Shown here: in pieces, positions 54,462 through 64,000 of the stretch | Layout of the letters: the number at the start of each line of letters is the position of its first letter | How positions within the stretch are numbered: the first letter of the stretch is position 1 | Source of the DNA: an uncultured Acidobacteriaceae bacterium | Lineage (GTDB): Bacteria; Acidobacteriota; Terriglobia; Terriglobales; Acidobacteriaceae | Assembly: GCA_963810545.1 (NCBI GenBank) | Contig: CAWENE010000005.1 | Location: 168,253 to 232,252 of the forward strand | Reading direction: 5' to 3' | DNA: 64,000 bases | Program-made: the position numbers and the translations under genes | Notes under the pieces: model-generated | Databases searched by the model: none | What the model was told of the DNA's origin: nothing | Seen by the model: only the letters and a program-made list of their open reading frames with translations

Positions 54462-54544
54462 ACTCGTTGCAAATAATTCCAACTGGCCGCCGCTCTTCAC
54501 ACTGGAGAAATGATCCCGTCGGCTGTCTGTCCCCTCACCACCGC

Positions 54545-55774
54545 ATGCAAAGTCCCGCCATCGATACAGCATCCACCCTTCCGTCTGGCGCGTCGCGAGC
54601 GGATGTACGGCGGATCCTGGGATATGTTTACTTCACCTTTGTCTGCTATCTCGCCATCGGATTGCCGCTGGCAATCCTGCCAGCCTACGTGCACCTGCGG
54701 ATGGGTTACCATGCGTCGCTGGCCGGGCTGGTAATCAGCATTCAATACATTGCGACATTCCTGAGCAGGCCCTGGGCGGGACGTATCAGCGACCATAAGG
54801 GCGCGAAGATCTCGGTGCTGTGGGGCATGGCGGCTTGCACAGCAAGTGGGGTCCTGCTGCTCGGCGCAGCCGCACTGCACCGCAATCCGGCATGGCTGAG
54901 TTTGACCAGTCTGCTGGCAAGCCGGTTGGTGCTGGGTGTGGGCGAAAGCCTCGGATCGACCGGGGCAACCCTTTGGGGCATCACAGCTGTGGGGCAGGAC
55001 CATACTGCCAAAGTCATCTCGTATAACGGCGTTGCGACGTATGGTGCTCTTGCGCTGGGTGCGCCGCTGGGCGTCGTCATGGAACAGCAGTGGGGCCTTG
55101 CCGCAATCGGGATCGTCACCATCGTATTGTGCGGCGCGAGTTTCGTCTTCGCGAACCGCAAAGAACCGGTGCCTGTAGTGCCGGGCGAGCATTTGCCATT
55201 TCGCGATGTGCTTGGTCGTGTAACGCCGCATGGGATTGGGCTCGCGCTTGGCGGTGTAGGGTACAGCGTGCTGGCGACATTCGTGACGCTCTTCTATGCG
55301 AGCCGAAACTGGAACGGTGCAGCGCTGTGCCTGACCGCATTCGGCGTGGCCTTCATCGCTGCGCGGCTCTTGTTTATCCACGCAATCAGCCGCTATGGCG
55401 GATATGCCGTGGGCATCACCTGCCTTGCAGTAGAGTCAGTGGGCGTCTTGCTGCTGTGGCGCGCGGTGTCGCCGTGGATGGCCTTTGGCGGCGCGGCGCT
55501 TGCGGGATTCGGGTTCTCGCTGGTGTTTCCGGCGCTGGGCGTCGAGGCGGTGAAACACGTCCCTGAGCGAAGTCGCGGCACGGCGCTCGGCGTCTACACA
55601 GTGTTTGCCGATGTATCGTTCTTTCTGGTCGGTCCGATTGCCGGCGCGGTGATTGGAACGTTCGGGTATGCAAGCGTGTTTCTTTTCGCGCTCACTTGCG
55701 TGATCGCGTCGCTGGGAATTGTTGTAGTTCTGGCGACTAGGAAGCAAGTGCCGCGTCCGGTTTCTGACCTCTAG
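54545..55774 (+). CDS. MFS transporter (YfcJ/YhhS-like)
   Basis: About 12 TM helices; SRPWAGRISDHKG, RLVLGVGES, FPALGVEAV, RGTALG. Confidence 0.88.
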   Translation: MQSPAIDTASTLPSGASRADVRRILGYVYFTFVCYLAIGLPLAILPAYVHLRMGYHASLAGLVISIQYIATFLSRPWAGRISDHKGAKISVLWGMAACTASGVLLLGAAALHRNPAWLSLTSLLASRLVLGVGESLGSTGATLWGITAVGQDHTAKVISYNGVATYGALALGAPLGVVMEQQWGLAAIGIVTIVLCGASFVFANRKEPVPVVPGEHLPFRDVLGRVTPHGIGLALGGVGYSVLATFVTLFYASRNWNGAALCLTAFGVAFIAARLLFIHAISRYGGYAVGITCLAVESVGVLLLWRAVSPWMAFGGAALAGFGFSLVFPALGVEAVKHVPERSRGTALGVYTVFADVSFFLVGPIAGAVIGTFGYASVFLFALTCVIASLGIVVVLATRKQVPRPVSDL

Positions 55775-55815
55775 GGCGGTTCTCCAATTTCCGTGGAGTC
55801 TCTGACATCAGGCAG

Positions 55816-55844
55816 GGTGGCATTTTCTTGAGGAAAATGCCGCC
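55816..55844 (+). terminator. Hairpin downstream of the MFS gene
   Basis: ggtggcattttc-loop-gaaaatgccgcc; no clear U-tract. Confidence 0.45.
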
Positions 55845-56139
55845 TGGCAGCATCGATTTCGCGCTACACCCATTGGAGGACCGCCTTAGCCAAGTCGAGC
55901 AAATACGGCCTTCCTTTTGACAGACCGAAACGGTGAGGCAGCCGCTCTAAGGAGCCTACCCCCTAAGTGGTACGTGTTACGGACGCAATCTAACACTTTC
56001 TAGCGCGAAAGAGCCATTGTCCCCACACTCCGCACGTACGATCCTCTCTTCATAGCTTCCCGATGGCTTTTCTGGTCCGAGCGAATTGCAAAACATGCGC
56101 CGGCGCACGAATCAAAGGGGGCATCGAATGGAGACTCGA

Positions 56140-56400
56140 ATGAAAAACTCGTTGAACAGAATGGTTGAGCGTGTATCAAATGTTGCATCGTGCGGGAACA
56201 ACCTGGTGTCGGACGCGGTGCTGAAACTACATTTCAGGATTCAGAATTTTCTGATCCAGGAAGACGCGCAGGATCTGGTTGAATATGCACTCGTGGTGGC
56301 GTTGATCGCATTCGGTGCGTCCGCGGCGATGAGAGGCCTTTCGACAGAAATCAAGACGGCCTTCAACTCCATCAGCAGCGATCTTGCCACTTCACTCTAG
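56140..56400 (+). CDS. Flp/Fap type IVb pilin
   Basis: EDAQDLVEYALVVALIAFGA ... AFNSI; start uncertain. Confidence 0.8.
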   Translation: MKNSLNRMVERVSNVASCGNNLVSDAVLKLHFRIQNFLIQEDAQDLVEYALVVALIAFGASAAMRGLSTEIKTAFNSISSDLATSL

Positions 56401-56692
56401 AGCGAAACCAGAGTAGCTGCGTCCTCTTGAGTTTCGTGCAAGGTCGCCGCTTTCTGATGGTCGCGTCGACTTGAACGCTGCGGCTCCTGGATACATCAAC
56501 TCTGGCTTCGCTGTAGTCATTTCAGTTAAACAGCCTTCTCGAACTGCGGAGTCACTGCGAGGAAAGACGGTGCGTTGACCGTGTCCTTTCTCAGCCTTGC
56601 AATCACCTCTCAGGCAATGAACCTTCTCGGCTGACACGTTCCCTTCTCTGCGCTGCAGTTGCTCCCAATAAAATCGCTCCTTCAAATGCAGA

Positions 56693-56716
56693 ACGGCCAT
56701 CCCGAAGGATGGCCGT
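56693..56716 (-). terminator. rpsA terminator hairpin
   Basis: acggccatcc-UUCG-ggatggccgt on the minus strand. Confidence 0.7.
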
Positions 56717-56740
56717 CACTGTCTTGCTGCTTAGGAAAAT

Positions 56741-58702
56741 CTAGCGTTCGCTTTTCCAGTTGATCAGATCGCCAAGGGTGGTGGTTGAGCTGGAGACGGG
56801 ATGCTTGTGTGGGTCCGCCTTGTAGTGCTCGACCTGGGCGCGGCTGGCTTCGTGTCCAACAGCGCGCAGGCTGAGTCCCACCTTCTTCTCTTCCACATTG
56901 ATCTTGATGATCTTGAAGTCGTGCTCTTCGCCCTGTTCGAGCTTGGCCGGCGAGCCGTCTTCACCCACTGCTTCGGAGATATGGCAGAGGCCTTCCACGC
57001 CCTCGGCAATTTCAACGAACGCGCCGAACTGCGCGGTGCGGAGCACCTTGCCGTGAACCACATCCCCCACGCGATGCTGGGCAAAGAAGCTCTCCCACAC
57101 GTCGGGTTGAAGTTGCTTGATGCCGAGGCTGAGGCGGCGGTTCTGCGGCTCGACGCCGAGAACGACAGCCTTCACCTTTTCGCCCTTTTTCACAACTTCA
57201 GAGGGATGCTTGACGCGCTTGGTCCAGCTGAGGTTCGAGACGTGGACCAATCCGTCGATCCCGTCTTCGATTTCAATGAAGGCGCCAAAGTCGGTAAGGT
57301 TGCGCACGCGGCCTTCAACCACCGTACCGGCCGGATAGCGCTCCGTGAGGTGCTCCCAGGGATTCTCGAGAAGCTGCTTCATGCCGAGAGAGATGCGGCG
57401 GTCGGCTGGATTGACGCTGAGGACGACAGTATCGACCTCGTCGCCGGGCTTGACCAGCTTGGAGGGGTGCTTGAGGCGCTTGGACCAAGTCATCTCAGAG
57501 AGGTGAACCAGGCCTTCGATGCCCTGCTCGAGCTCGACAAACGCGCCATAGTCGGTGACTGAAAGCACGCGGCCATGGACATGCGCCCCGACAGGATAGC
57601 GTTCGGTCGCATCGAGCCATGGGTCAGGCGTCAGCTGCTTGAAGCCCAGCGAAACGCGCTGCTTGTCTTTATCGAACTTGAGCACCTTCACCTGGATCTC
57701 GTCGCCGACGTTGACCAGGTCGCGGGGATGCGTGAGGCGTCCCCAGCTCATGTCAGTGATGTGGAGGAGTCCATCGATGCCGCCCAAGTCAACAAAGGCG
57801 CCGTAGTCGGTGAGGTTCTTGACCGTGCCGGTGAGAATGGCGTCTTCACCAAGGTGCTCGAGAGTCTGCGAACGCTTGGCGTTCTGCTCTTCCTCGAGAA
57901 TCTCCTTGCGTGAGACAACGACATTGCCACGCTTCTTGTTCAGTTTGATGACGCGGACTTCAATCTGCTGGCCGAGATAGCCGTCGAGATTGCGGACGGG
58001 ACGAATCTCAAGCTGCGAGCCAGGCAGAAAGGCCTTCATGCCGATGTCGACGGTGAGGCCGCCTTTGACGCGGCTCACGACCGTTCCCATCACCGGGGTC
58101 TTGTCGTTTGCGGCTTTTTCAATCGTGTCCCAGACGCGGAGACGCTGCGCCTTCTCGTAGCTGACGAGATAGCCGCCTTCGGGCTCCTCGCGCTCGATCA
58201 CGACCTCGATCTGCTCACCGGGCTGGAACTTCACGGCGCCGGTGTGATCGACCACCTGCTCGATCGGCACCAGTCCTTCGGACTTGAGGCCCACATCGAT
58301 GACGAGGTGCTTGTCAGTCTGCTTGATAACAGTGCCGGTGACGACCTTGTCGCCATAGGCTTCCACGGCTGCTGCTTCGGCGGCCTGTTCGCGCTCGAAG
58401 GCTTCAAGCGCCGCGGAAAAATCGTCTGCGGATTCGGGTCCGTGTTCGGTTGACCTTTCAGTCACCGGTGCGGCAGTGGCATGCGATTCGGCAGAATTTG
58501 CTTCTGCTGTCGGGCTGTCAGCTGCAGGCTGTGTTGTGGCATCGGCGTCCAGCGCGGAGGAAACGAGTGCTTCGGTGTTTTCGGGGTTGGACGTTGATTC
58601 GTGCAACGGCTGCTCAAGCTCCGTCGCAGGGTCAAGGGTTGGTGTTTCGAGTTGGGTGTTCAGGGTTATGCTCTCGGGTTCTGGATTGAGGACGTTTGCC
58701 AT
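56741..58702 (-). CDS. rpsA: 30S ribosomal protein S1 with acidic N-terminal extension
   Basis: Six S1 repeats (DVGLKSEG, AFLPGSQ, DYGAFVDLGG, GLVHLSEM, GLVHVSNL, GLCHISE). Confidence 0.96.
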   Translation of the reverse strand: MANVLNPEPESITLNTQLETPTLDPATELEQPLHESTSNPENTEALVSSALDADATTQPAADSPTAEANSAESHATAAPVTERSTEHGPESADDFSAALEAFEREQAAEAAAVEAYGDKVVTGTVIKQTDKHLVIDVGLKSEGLVPIEQVVDHTGAVKFQPGEQIEVVIEREEPEGGYLVSYEKAQRLRVWDTIEKAANDKTPVMGTVVSRVKGGLTVDIGMKAFLPGSQLEIRPVRNLDGYLGQQIEVRVIKLNKKRGNVVVSRKEILEEEQNAKRSQTLEHLGEDAILTGTVKNLTDYGAFVDLGGIDGLLHITDMSWGRLTHPRDLVNVGDEIQVKVLKFDKDKQRVSLGFKQLTPDPWLDATERYPVGAHVHGRVLSVTDYGAFVELEQGIEGLVHLSEMTWSKRLKHPSKLVKPGDEVDTVVLSVNPADRRISLGMKQLLENPWEHLTERYPAGTVVEGRVRNLTDFGAFIEIEDGIDGLVHVSNLSWTKRVKHPSEVVKKGEKVKAVVLGVEPQNRRLSLGIKQLQPDVWESFFAQHRVGDVVHGKVLRTAQFGAFVEIAEGVEGLCHISEAVGEDGSPAKLEQGEEHDFKIIKINVEEKKVGLSLRAVGHEASRAQVEHYKADPHKHPVSSSTTTLGDLINWKSER

Positions 58703-58971
58703 CAGTGCTGCTCCGGGATTCATTGCACCAGCGACGAACTTTCATGTCGCACGGCTGACGCCTTGTATGCGGTAGCTTTCATCCGCAGACGCCGGTGGCC
58801 TGTTTCTCGTGCCACGTGTGGCCGAGGTGATACTCAAGGGGACAGTCGTCCGAGCCGGCACTACCGGCTATGGAAGCGACTCGTCTCCGAGGGAATCACC
58901 AGGCGCGCAACGGCTGGCTGGAGGTCGGCCGCAGCTCACTGATGGAATCCGCACACAGGAGCTACGTCCTA

Positions 58972-59001
58972 AGTTTAGCAACCTCGTCTTTCCAGCGTCA
59001 A
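58972..59001 (-). promoter_or_regulatory. rpsA promoter
   Basis: TTGACG-18 nt-TAAACT with TGn extension. Confidence 0.6.
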
Positions 59002-59199
59002 TGCAACAGGTTGTGGTATCGCAGCGAGGAGCGAATCTGACACGAAAAATTCACAGAAGTGACCTGAAACCAGACAGGGTTGGCGGGACGAGAAACAAAA
59101 GGAGCACAGGCGCCCGAAACGACCCCTGGCAAGCACGAGATCGCTCAAAACAGCCCTTGCGCAACCCACCATCGCACAGCCCATATACTGAGGGACGAG

Positions 59200-59778
59200 A
59201 TGGACCAGCTCTGGACACCCTGGCGGTTTGCGTACGTGACCACTGCAGACGGTGCCCCGCGCCCCGGGATCCCGGAGCGCCTGGCGGCATTCCCGGGCGA
59301 CACCGGCTGCGTATTCTGCAATCTTATCGCGGCTGTGGATCACGCGATCGCCGGAGGAATGCCCGCAGACGAAGCCGAAATGGCCGCGGGGCTGCTGGTG
59401 CGTGACGAGCATTGCTACATCTGCCTGAACGCCTACCCTTACACCTCGGGCCATGTGATGGTGGTGCCCTACGCGCATGTAGACCGGTTGGCGGGGCTCG
59501 GCGCGGAAGCCGCGCACGAAATGACGGACTTGGCACTCAAGACCGAGCGGGTGCTGGAGCAGCTCTATCGCCCCCATGGATTGAATTTCGGCATGAACCT
59601 GGGCAAGGCGGCAGGCGCGGGCGTGGCCGGCCATCTGCACTTGCATGCCCTGCCGCGCTGGGCAGGCGACACGAACTTCATGACCACGGTGGCGGAGACC
59701 CGCGTGTTGCCTGAAGATCTGACAACAACCTGGAAACGGATGCGCGAGGCGTTTGCAAAGACCGCGTCGACGAGCTAA
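59200..59778 (+). CDS. HIT family hydrolase (Fhit/Ap4A type)
   Basis: LWTPWR, CVFC, NAYPYTSGH, GMNLGKAAGAG, HLHLH. Confidence 0.9.
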   Translation: MDQLWTPWRFAYVTTADGAPRPGIPERLAAFPGDTGCVFCNLIAAVDHAIAGGMPADEAEMAAGLLVRDEHCYICLNAYPYTSGHVMVVPYAHVDRLAGLGAEAAHEMTDLALKTERVLEQLYRPHGLNFGMNLGKAAGAGVAGHLHLHALPRWAGDTNFMTTVAETRVLPEDLTTTWKRMREAFAKTASTS

Positions 59779-59797
59779 AACTGCGCCGGTTCGCTGG

Positions 59798-61267
59798 TCA
59801 GACGCTCAGCGATTGATCTTCCGCCTCCGCAGCAAGCGCCAGCTCTTCCTGATCTACGTCGGCGCGGTCGAGCAGTGCCTTCGGGAGCGACTTCGTAGTG
59901 CGGAGACCAAGCTTCTTCAGCAACTCCACCTGTCGAATCAAATTGCCGCGCCCGTCGACCAGCTTTTTCATCGCATTCGCATAGTTCTGGTCGGTACGGC
60001 GCAGACTGTCGCCAATGGCTTCCATATCCGTGACAAATCCGACGAATTTTTCATAGAGTTCGCTGCCACGCTCCATCACCTCGCGCACGTTGCGCGCCTG
60101 CCGCTCCTGCTGCCAGAGCACGTTCACAATGCGAATCACGTAGAGCAGCGTAGTGGGACCAACAAGCAGGATGCCCTGCTTGTACGCATCGGACCACAAT
60201 TCGCCATCGGCCTGCAGCGCCATCAGAAATGCAGGCTCGACGGGCACGAACATCACAACGAAGTCGGGGGCTTCGAGTTCCGGCAAGCGGTGATAGCCGG
60301 CTTTGGCGAGATTTGCGATATGTCCGCGCATGCTGGCAAGATGCAGCTTGAGCGCGGCTTTGCGATCGTCGTCGCACGTCGCGCTCACGCAGTCAGTGTA
60401 GGACGTGAGAGAGACCTTGGAATCGATGACAAGATTGCGGCCACCCGGAAGGAAGACGATGACGTCGGTGCGCACTGTTCGCGCGCGTTCGCCGCTCTCG
60501 CTTTCCGCGCCGGCAAACGACTGCTGGAAAGAATATTGCTCGCCTTCGCGCAGGCCGGCCTTGTCCAGAAGGTCGCGGAGAATGAACTCGCCCCAGTCAC
60601 CCTGCGTCTTCGCGGAACCGCGCAGCGCGGTGGTCAGGTTGCGCGCGTCCTCCGACAGTTGCTGATTGAGACCGTTCAGCGCGCCAATAAGGGTTTCAAG
60701 CTTCGTCACGCCGGTCTTTGAGTCCGACTGCGCCTGCTCAACCTTCTCGCGGAACTCCTTGATCTGTTCACGCAAGGGCGAGAGCAGCGTCCCGAGTTCT
60801 TTCTGGCTACCTTCGGAAAAGGACTTGGATTTTTGATCGAGGATGTTGGCGGCGAGCGCTTCGAATTGGCTGGCAAGCGCTTGTTTCGCCGATTCCAGCA
60901 GCGCGATCTTCTCCGCCATATTCCGGCGTTCATTGTTCAGGTCGGCTTCGAGTTGGCTGAGGCGGGCTGCTTGGTCAAGCGCTGCGACTTGGTGCGTCTG
61001 CAGGTCGGTTCGCGCAGCATCGCGTTCGCCAGTAAGGCGCTCGATGGTTCCGGCACGCTCGGCAGCAACAGACTCGAAACCGGCGCGGGCGGCGGAAAGG
61101 GCCTGGGCCTCGGCGAGCTGAGCCCGGAAGGCAGCAAGAACGTCAGCGGTTTCGCGGGTCCGCTGCTCCAGCAAATTTCTCTCTGATCGGGCCGCGTGCG
61201 AGCGAATCCAATAGCCCACAGCAATCCCTACAACCACGGCGATCCCCGCAATCACAGCCTGCACCAT
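59798..61267 (-). CDS. rmuC: DNA recombination protein RmuC
   Basis: TM plus coiled coil; QGDWGE, DVIV..IDSKVSL, MFVPVE, VGPTTL. Confidence 0.92.
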   Translation of the reverse strand: MVQAVIAGIAVVVGIAVGYWIRSHAARSERNLLEQRTRETADVLAAFRAQLAEAQALSAARAGFESVAAERAGTIERLTGERDAARTDLQTHQVAALDQAARLSQLEADLNNERRNMAEKIALLESAKQALASQFEALAANILDQKSKSFSEGSQKELGTLLSPLREQIKEFREKVEQAQSDSKTGVTKLETLIGALNGLNQQLSEDARNLTTALRGSAKTQGDWGEFILRDLLDKAGLREGEQYSFQQSFAGAESESGERARTVRTDVIVFLPGGRNLVIDSKVSLTSYTDCVSATCDDDRKAALKLHLASMRGHIANLAKAGYHRLPELEAPDFVVMFVPVEPAFLMALQADGELWSDAYKQGILLVGPTTLLYVIRIVNVLWQQERQARNVREVMERGSELYEKFVGFVTDMEAIGDSLRRTDQNYANAMKKLVDGRGNLIRQVELLKKLGLRTTKSLPKALLDRADVDQEELALAAEAEDQSLSV

Positions 61268-61589
61268 TTCGGAGGAACCTCTTCGCCTAATGTACGCCTT
61301 TTCGATGTGCAATTCGGGGTCGAAACTGGCATGGCTCTTGCCGGTGTTGAGGCCTCGGGAAAAGTGTGGACGAAAACCGGAATGACACTTCCTATTCCCT
61401 GTCCTCCCGCGCCTTTACAGGCTCCCGGCTGCCCGGTAGACTTGAAGATTCGGGGCCATGCGCATCTTTTTGTGCGCTGTGGTTGTGTTCGTGTGCCGGA
61501 GCCGGTATTGTAGGCAGGCGGAGCGGAGACGCGGCAAAGCGAAGCCCGGAGTGCATCCAAAGTTCTGAAGAAAACGAGGAGAATCAGGC

Positions 61590-61838
61590 ATGGCTGTTGA
61601 AGAAAAGGTAAAGCAGATCATCGTCGAGCAGCTGCAGGTGGACGAAGCAGAAGTCACCCCGGGCGCCAGCTTCCAGGAAGACCTGGGCGCGGATTCGCTG
61701 GACGTGGTCGAGCTGGTGATGCAGTTCGAAGAGGCTTTCGATCTGGAAATTCCAGACGAGGACGCCGAGAAGATCAAGACCGTCAAGGACGCGATCGAGT
61801 ATATCGAGAAGAACGAGAAGACCGCGAAAGGCAAGTAA
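61590..61838 (+). CDS. acpP: Acyl carrier protein
   Basis: [22 protein letters not shown]. Confidence 0.97.
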   Translation: MAVEEKVKQIIVEQLQVDEAEVTPGASFQEDLGADSLDVVELVMQFEEAFDLEIPDEDAEKIKTVKDAIEYIEKNEKTAKGK

Positions 61839-61841
61839 CTG

Positions 61842-63089
61842 GTGAATCGTCGAGTTGTCATCACCGGCCTCGGGCTGGTATGCGGTGTAGGCAATACCGC
61901 TCCGGAGGTGTGGCGACAGTTACTGGCAGGGGCCAGCGGCATGGCCCCGATTCAGGGCTTCGACACAACGGGCTTTCCGGTCACCTTCGCCGCCGAGGTG
62001 AAAAATTTCGATCCGCTCAACTTCGTGGACAAGAAAGAAGCGCGCAAGATGGGGCGCTTCATCCACTTTGCTTTTGCCGCTACCCACGAAGCCATCACCC
62101 AATCGGGCCTCAACATCACGCCGGAGATCGGTGACCGGGTCGGCGTTTTTATAGGCTCGGGCATTGGCGGATTCGAAATCATCGAGCGCGAGCACTCCAA
62201 CCTGCTCGCGGGCGGCCCACGCAAAATCTCACCCTTCTTCATTCCCGCAGTGATCGTGAATATGGCGGCGGGGCAGCTCAGCATCCGTTATGGCGCCAGG
62301 GGGCCCATCTCGGCCACCGCAACGGCATGCGCCACAAGTGCCAATTCCATTGGCGATTCGGTGCGCATGATCCTGCACGGCGATGCGGATGTGATGATTG
62401 CCGGCGGCGCCGAGGCCTCAGTCACACCGCTGTCAGTTGGCGGTTTCGCGGCGATGCGGGCGCTTTCGACGCGCAACGAGGAGCCGACCCGAGCCAGCCG
62501 GCCGTTCGACAAGGATCGTGACGGATTTGTGATTGGCGAAGGCGCCGGCGTCTTGATCCTGGAAGAATTGGAATTTGCCAAGGCGCGGGGCGCGAAGATC
62601 CTGGGCGAGATCATCGGCTACGGCATGAGCGCCGATGCGCATCACATGACCGGGATCGCTCCGGAAGGTGCAGGCGCACAACGCAGCATGCGCGCAGCAC
62701 TGAAAGACGCAGGCATTCAGCCCGAAGAAGTCGGCTACGTGAATGCGCATGCCACCTCAACGCCGGCGGGCGATGGCAATGAGTCCCTGGCGATCGAGAA
62801 GGTATTCGGCGAACATGCTTTGAGCAAAAAGCTGAAGGTGAGCGGCACCAAGTCGATGACCGGGCATTTGCTCGGCGGCGCCGGGGGCCTCGAAGCAGGC
62901 ATCACGGTGCTGGCTTTGCAGAACCAGATGCTTCCGCCAACGACGAATCTCGACAACGTCGATCCAGAGTGCAAGCTGGACTATGTGCCAAACAAGGCCA
63001 TCGCGCACAATTTCGATGTGGCGCTGTCCAATTCGTTCGGCTTCGGCGGCATCAACGCCACGCTGATCATGCGGCGGTGGACGGAGTAA
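61842..63089 (+). CDS. fabF: Beta-ketoacyl-ACP synthase II
   Basis: RRVVITGLG, TACAT, NAHATST, KSMTGHLLG, SNSFGFGG. Confidence 0.96.
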   Translation: MNRRVVITGLGLVCGVGNTAPEVWRQLLAGASGMAPIQGFDTTGFPVTFAAEVKNFDPLNFVDKKEARKMGRFIHFAFAATHEAITQSGLNITPEIGDRVGVFIGSGIGGFEIIEREHSNLLAGGPRKISPFFIPAVIVNMAAGQLSIRYGARGPISATATACATSANSIGDSVRMILHGDADVMIAGGAEASVTPLSVGGFAAMRALSTRNEEPTRASRPFDKDRDGFVIGEGAGVLILEELEFAKARGAKILGEIIGYGMSADAHHMTGIAPEGAGAQRSMRAALKDAGIQPEEVGYVNAHATSTPAGDGNESLAIEKVFGEHALSKKLKVSGTKSMTGHLLGGAGGLEAGITVLALQNQMLPPTTNLDNVDPECKLDYVPNKAIAHNFDVALSNSFGFGGINATLIMRRWTE

Positions 63090-63124
63090 AGCCAGGAAGT
63101 ACAGAACGAGAAACATAAGACAGA

Positions 63125-63156
63125 CGGCGCTCATGCAAAGATGAGCGCCGCTTTTT
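63125..63156 (+). terminator. Intrinsic terminator after fabF
   Basis: cggcgctcat-gcaaag-atgagcgccg followed by ctttttg. Confidence 0.75.
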
Positions 63157-63177
63157 GCCTGCAAAGGGATTTCGCGT

Positions 63178-63939
63178 TCAGCCGGTCACTGCTGCTATCC
63201 CGACACCAATCAGGACGAAGATGGCCCACCACCCAAACACCGCGATATAGCCGGAGTTGCGTTTGACCCCGGCAACCATGGCGGTGCCCATGCCCAGCAA
63301 GATCATCGTCCAGATGGTGATGATGTCGATAGAACTCGCCAGTGAATAGAGCGCAGGATTTGTTTCCAGAGGATTGAGGAAGGCTCCGAGATTCGTAGGA
63401 GCGTAGTTCTTGATGTTGAATGACTCCGGAGCCGTACCCGCATAGATGACGATAACTCCCAGCAGGACTTTCAGAATGCCCGGAAGACTCGCGTACATCC
63501 AAACTGCAAAGATGCTGCCATATTTCGCTTTGCCGCCAAATACGAAATTGATGGTGCCCCAAAGTCCAAGCGTGCCGATCGCTACCGCGGCGAGCAGGAT
63601 CAGCGGATTCGCGAGGAAAATGCCTTCGGTGACATAGAGCGAGATCTTGGCAGACATCTCGCGCTGCTCCGGTGTGGCCTGGCTCATTCGTTCTTCTTGT
63701 TTTGGATTGAGGTGGATTTGGTTGTCGACCACCTGTTGCATGCCGATTTTGAGGGCAACCGCGGCAAAGAGAATATAGCCGACAAGCGTAAAGATGACGA
63801 ACGGCATCCACCAGCTCTTGTTGCCGCGTTTGATGTCTTCAAAGGTCTTCGATGGCGCGGCAAAAATATTGGAAACACGTTGCCACTGGGAGAGGCCGGG
63901 CGCATGCTCGGCCACCGGTTGAACCTCAATATCGTTCAT
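63178..63939 (-). CDS. Yip1 family membrane protein
   Basis: IFAAPSKTFEDI..WW.P and five TM segments; GGCGGA SD. Confidence 0.82.
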   Translation of the reverse strand: MNDIEVQPVAEHAPGLSQWQRVSNIFAAPSKTFEDIKRGNKSWWMPFVIFTLVGYILFAAVALKIGMQQVVDNQIHLNPKQEERMSQATPEQREMSAKISLYVTEGIFLANPLILLAAVAIGTLGLWGTINFVFGGKAKYGSIFAVWMYASLPGILKVLLGVIVIYAGTAPESFNIKNYAPTNLGAFLNPLETNPALYSLASSIDIITIWTMILLGMGTAMVAGVKRNSGYIAVFGWWAIFVLIGVGIAAVTG

Positions 63940-64000
63940 GATTCCGCCTCTCGGATATCTCCGGATACAAATCGAGTTCGCCCGAACTGCGCAGTTGGAC

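Noticed and set aside
55870-56000. Possible c-di-GMP-I riboswitch upstream of the flp pilin (gcaaa, gaccgaaacggt, ctaagg, gacgcaa fragments)
   Set aside because: The fragments are not in the required GGCAAA-P2-GACGCAAA-P3 order and no P1 could be built
56392-56700. 102-aa minus-strand ORF downstream of rpsA
   Set aside because: It starts inside the terminator hairpin, with no SD or recognisable motif

Overview
High-GC bacterial chromosomal window, most likely from Acidobacteriota. The evidence is a tandem nadA/NAD+ riboswitch, an acidobacterial-type VWA protein, a wHTH-TM-PD40 regulator and S1 with a long acidic N-terminal extension. Two perfect parS palindromes suggest it lies near the origin. 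The content is mostly housekeeping: aroDE, tatBC, nadA, bglX, pyk, acnA, ClC, ligA, rluD-lgt-6S RNA-zapA-zapB-pheT-pheS-rplT-rpmI, mtaB, infC (AUC start), rpsA, rmuC, acpP-fabF. No prophage, CRISPR array, rRNA, tRNA or transposase was recognised. The most interesting signals are: (1) a four-helix-bundle (23S-IVP/Avd-like) gene bracketed by inverted G-rich heptamer arrays and inserted inside an operon, plus an unannotated truncated paralogue with its own short-repeat array between pheS and pheT; (2) a dispersed ~35-bp GGGGCCCC-hairpin-GGGGTG repeat family, with one copy inserted in frame in nadA and one nested in a MITE-like element; (3) a secreted, non-phage T4-lysozyme-like protein; (4) candidate structured RNAs around rpmI-rplT, infC and rpsA; (5) two hicAB loci with damaged toxins. 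A cluster of frameshifts at about 42-52 kb, including essential genes, is probably sequencing error. All calls come from reading the sequence by eye; no database searches were run.
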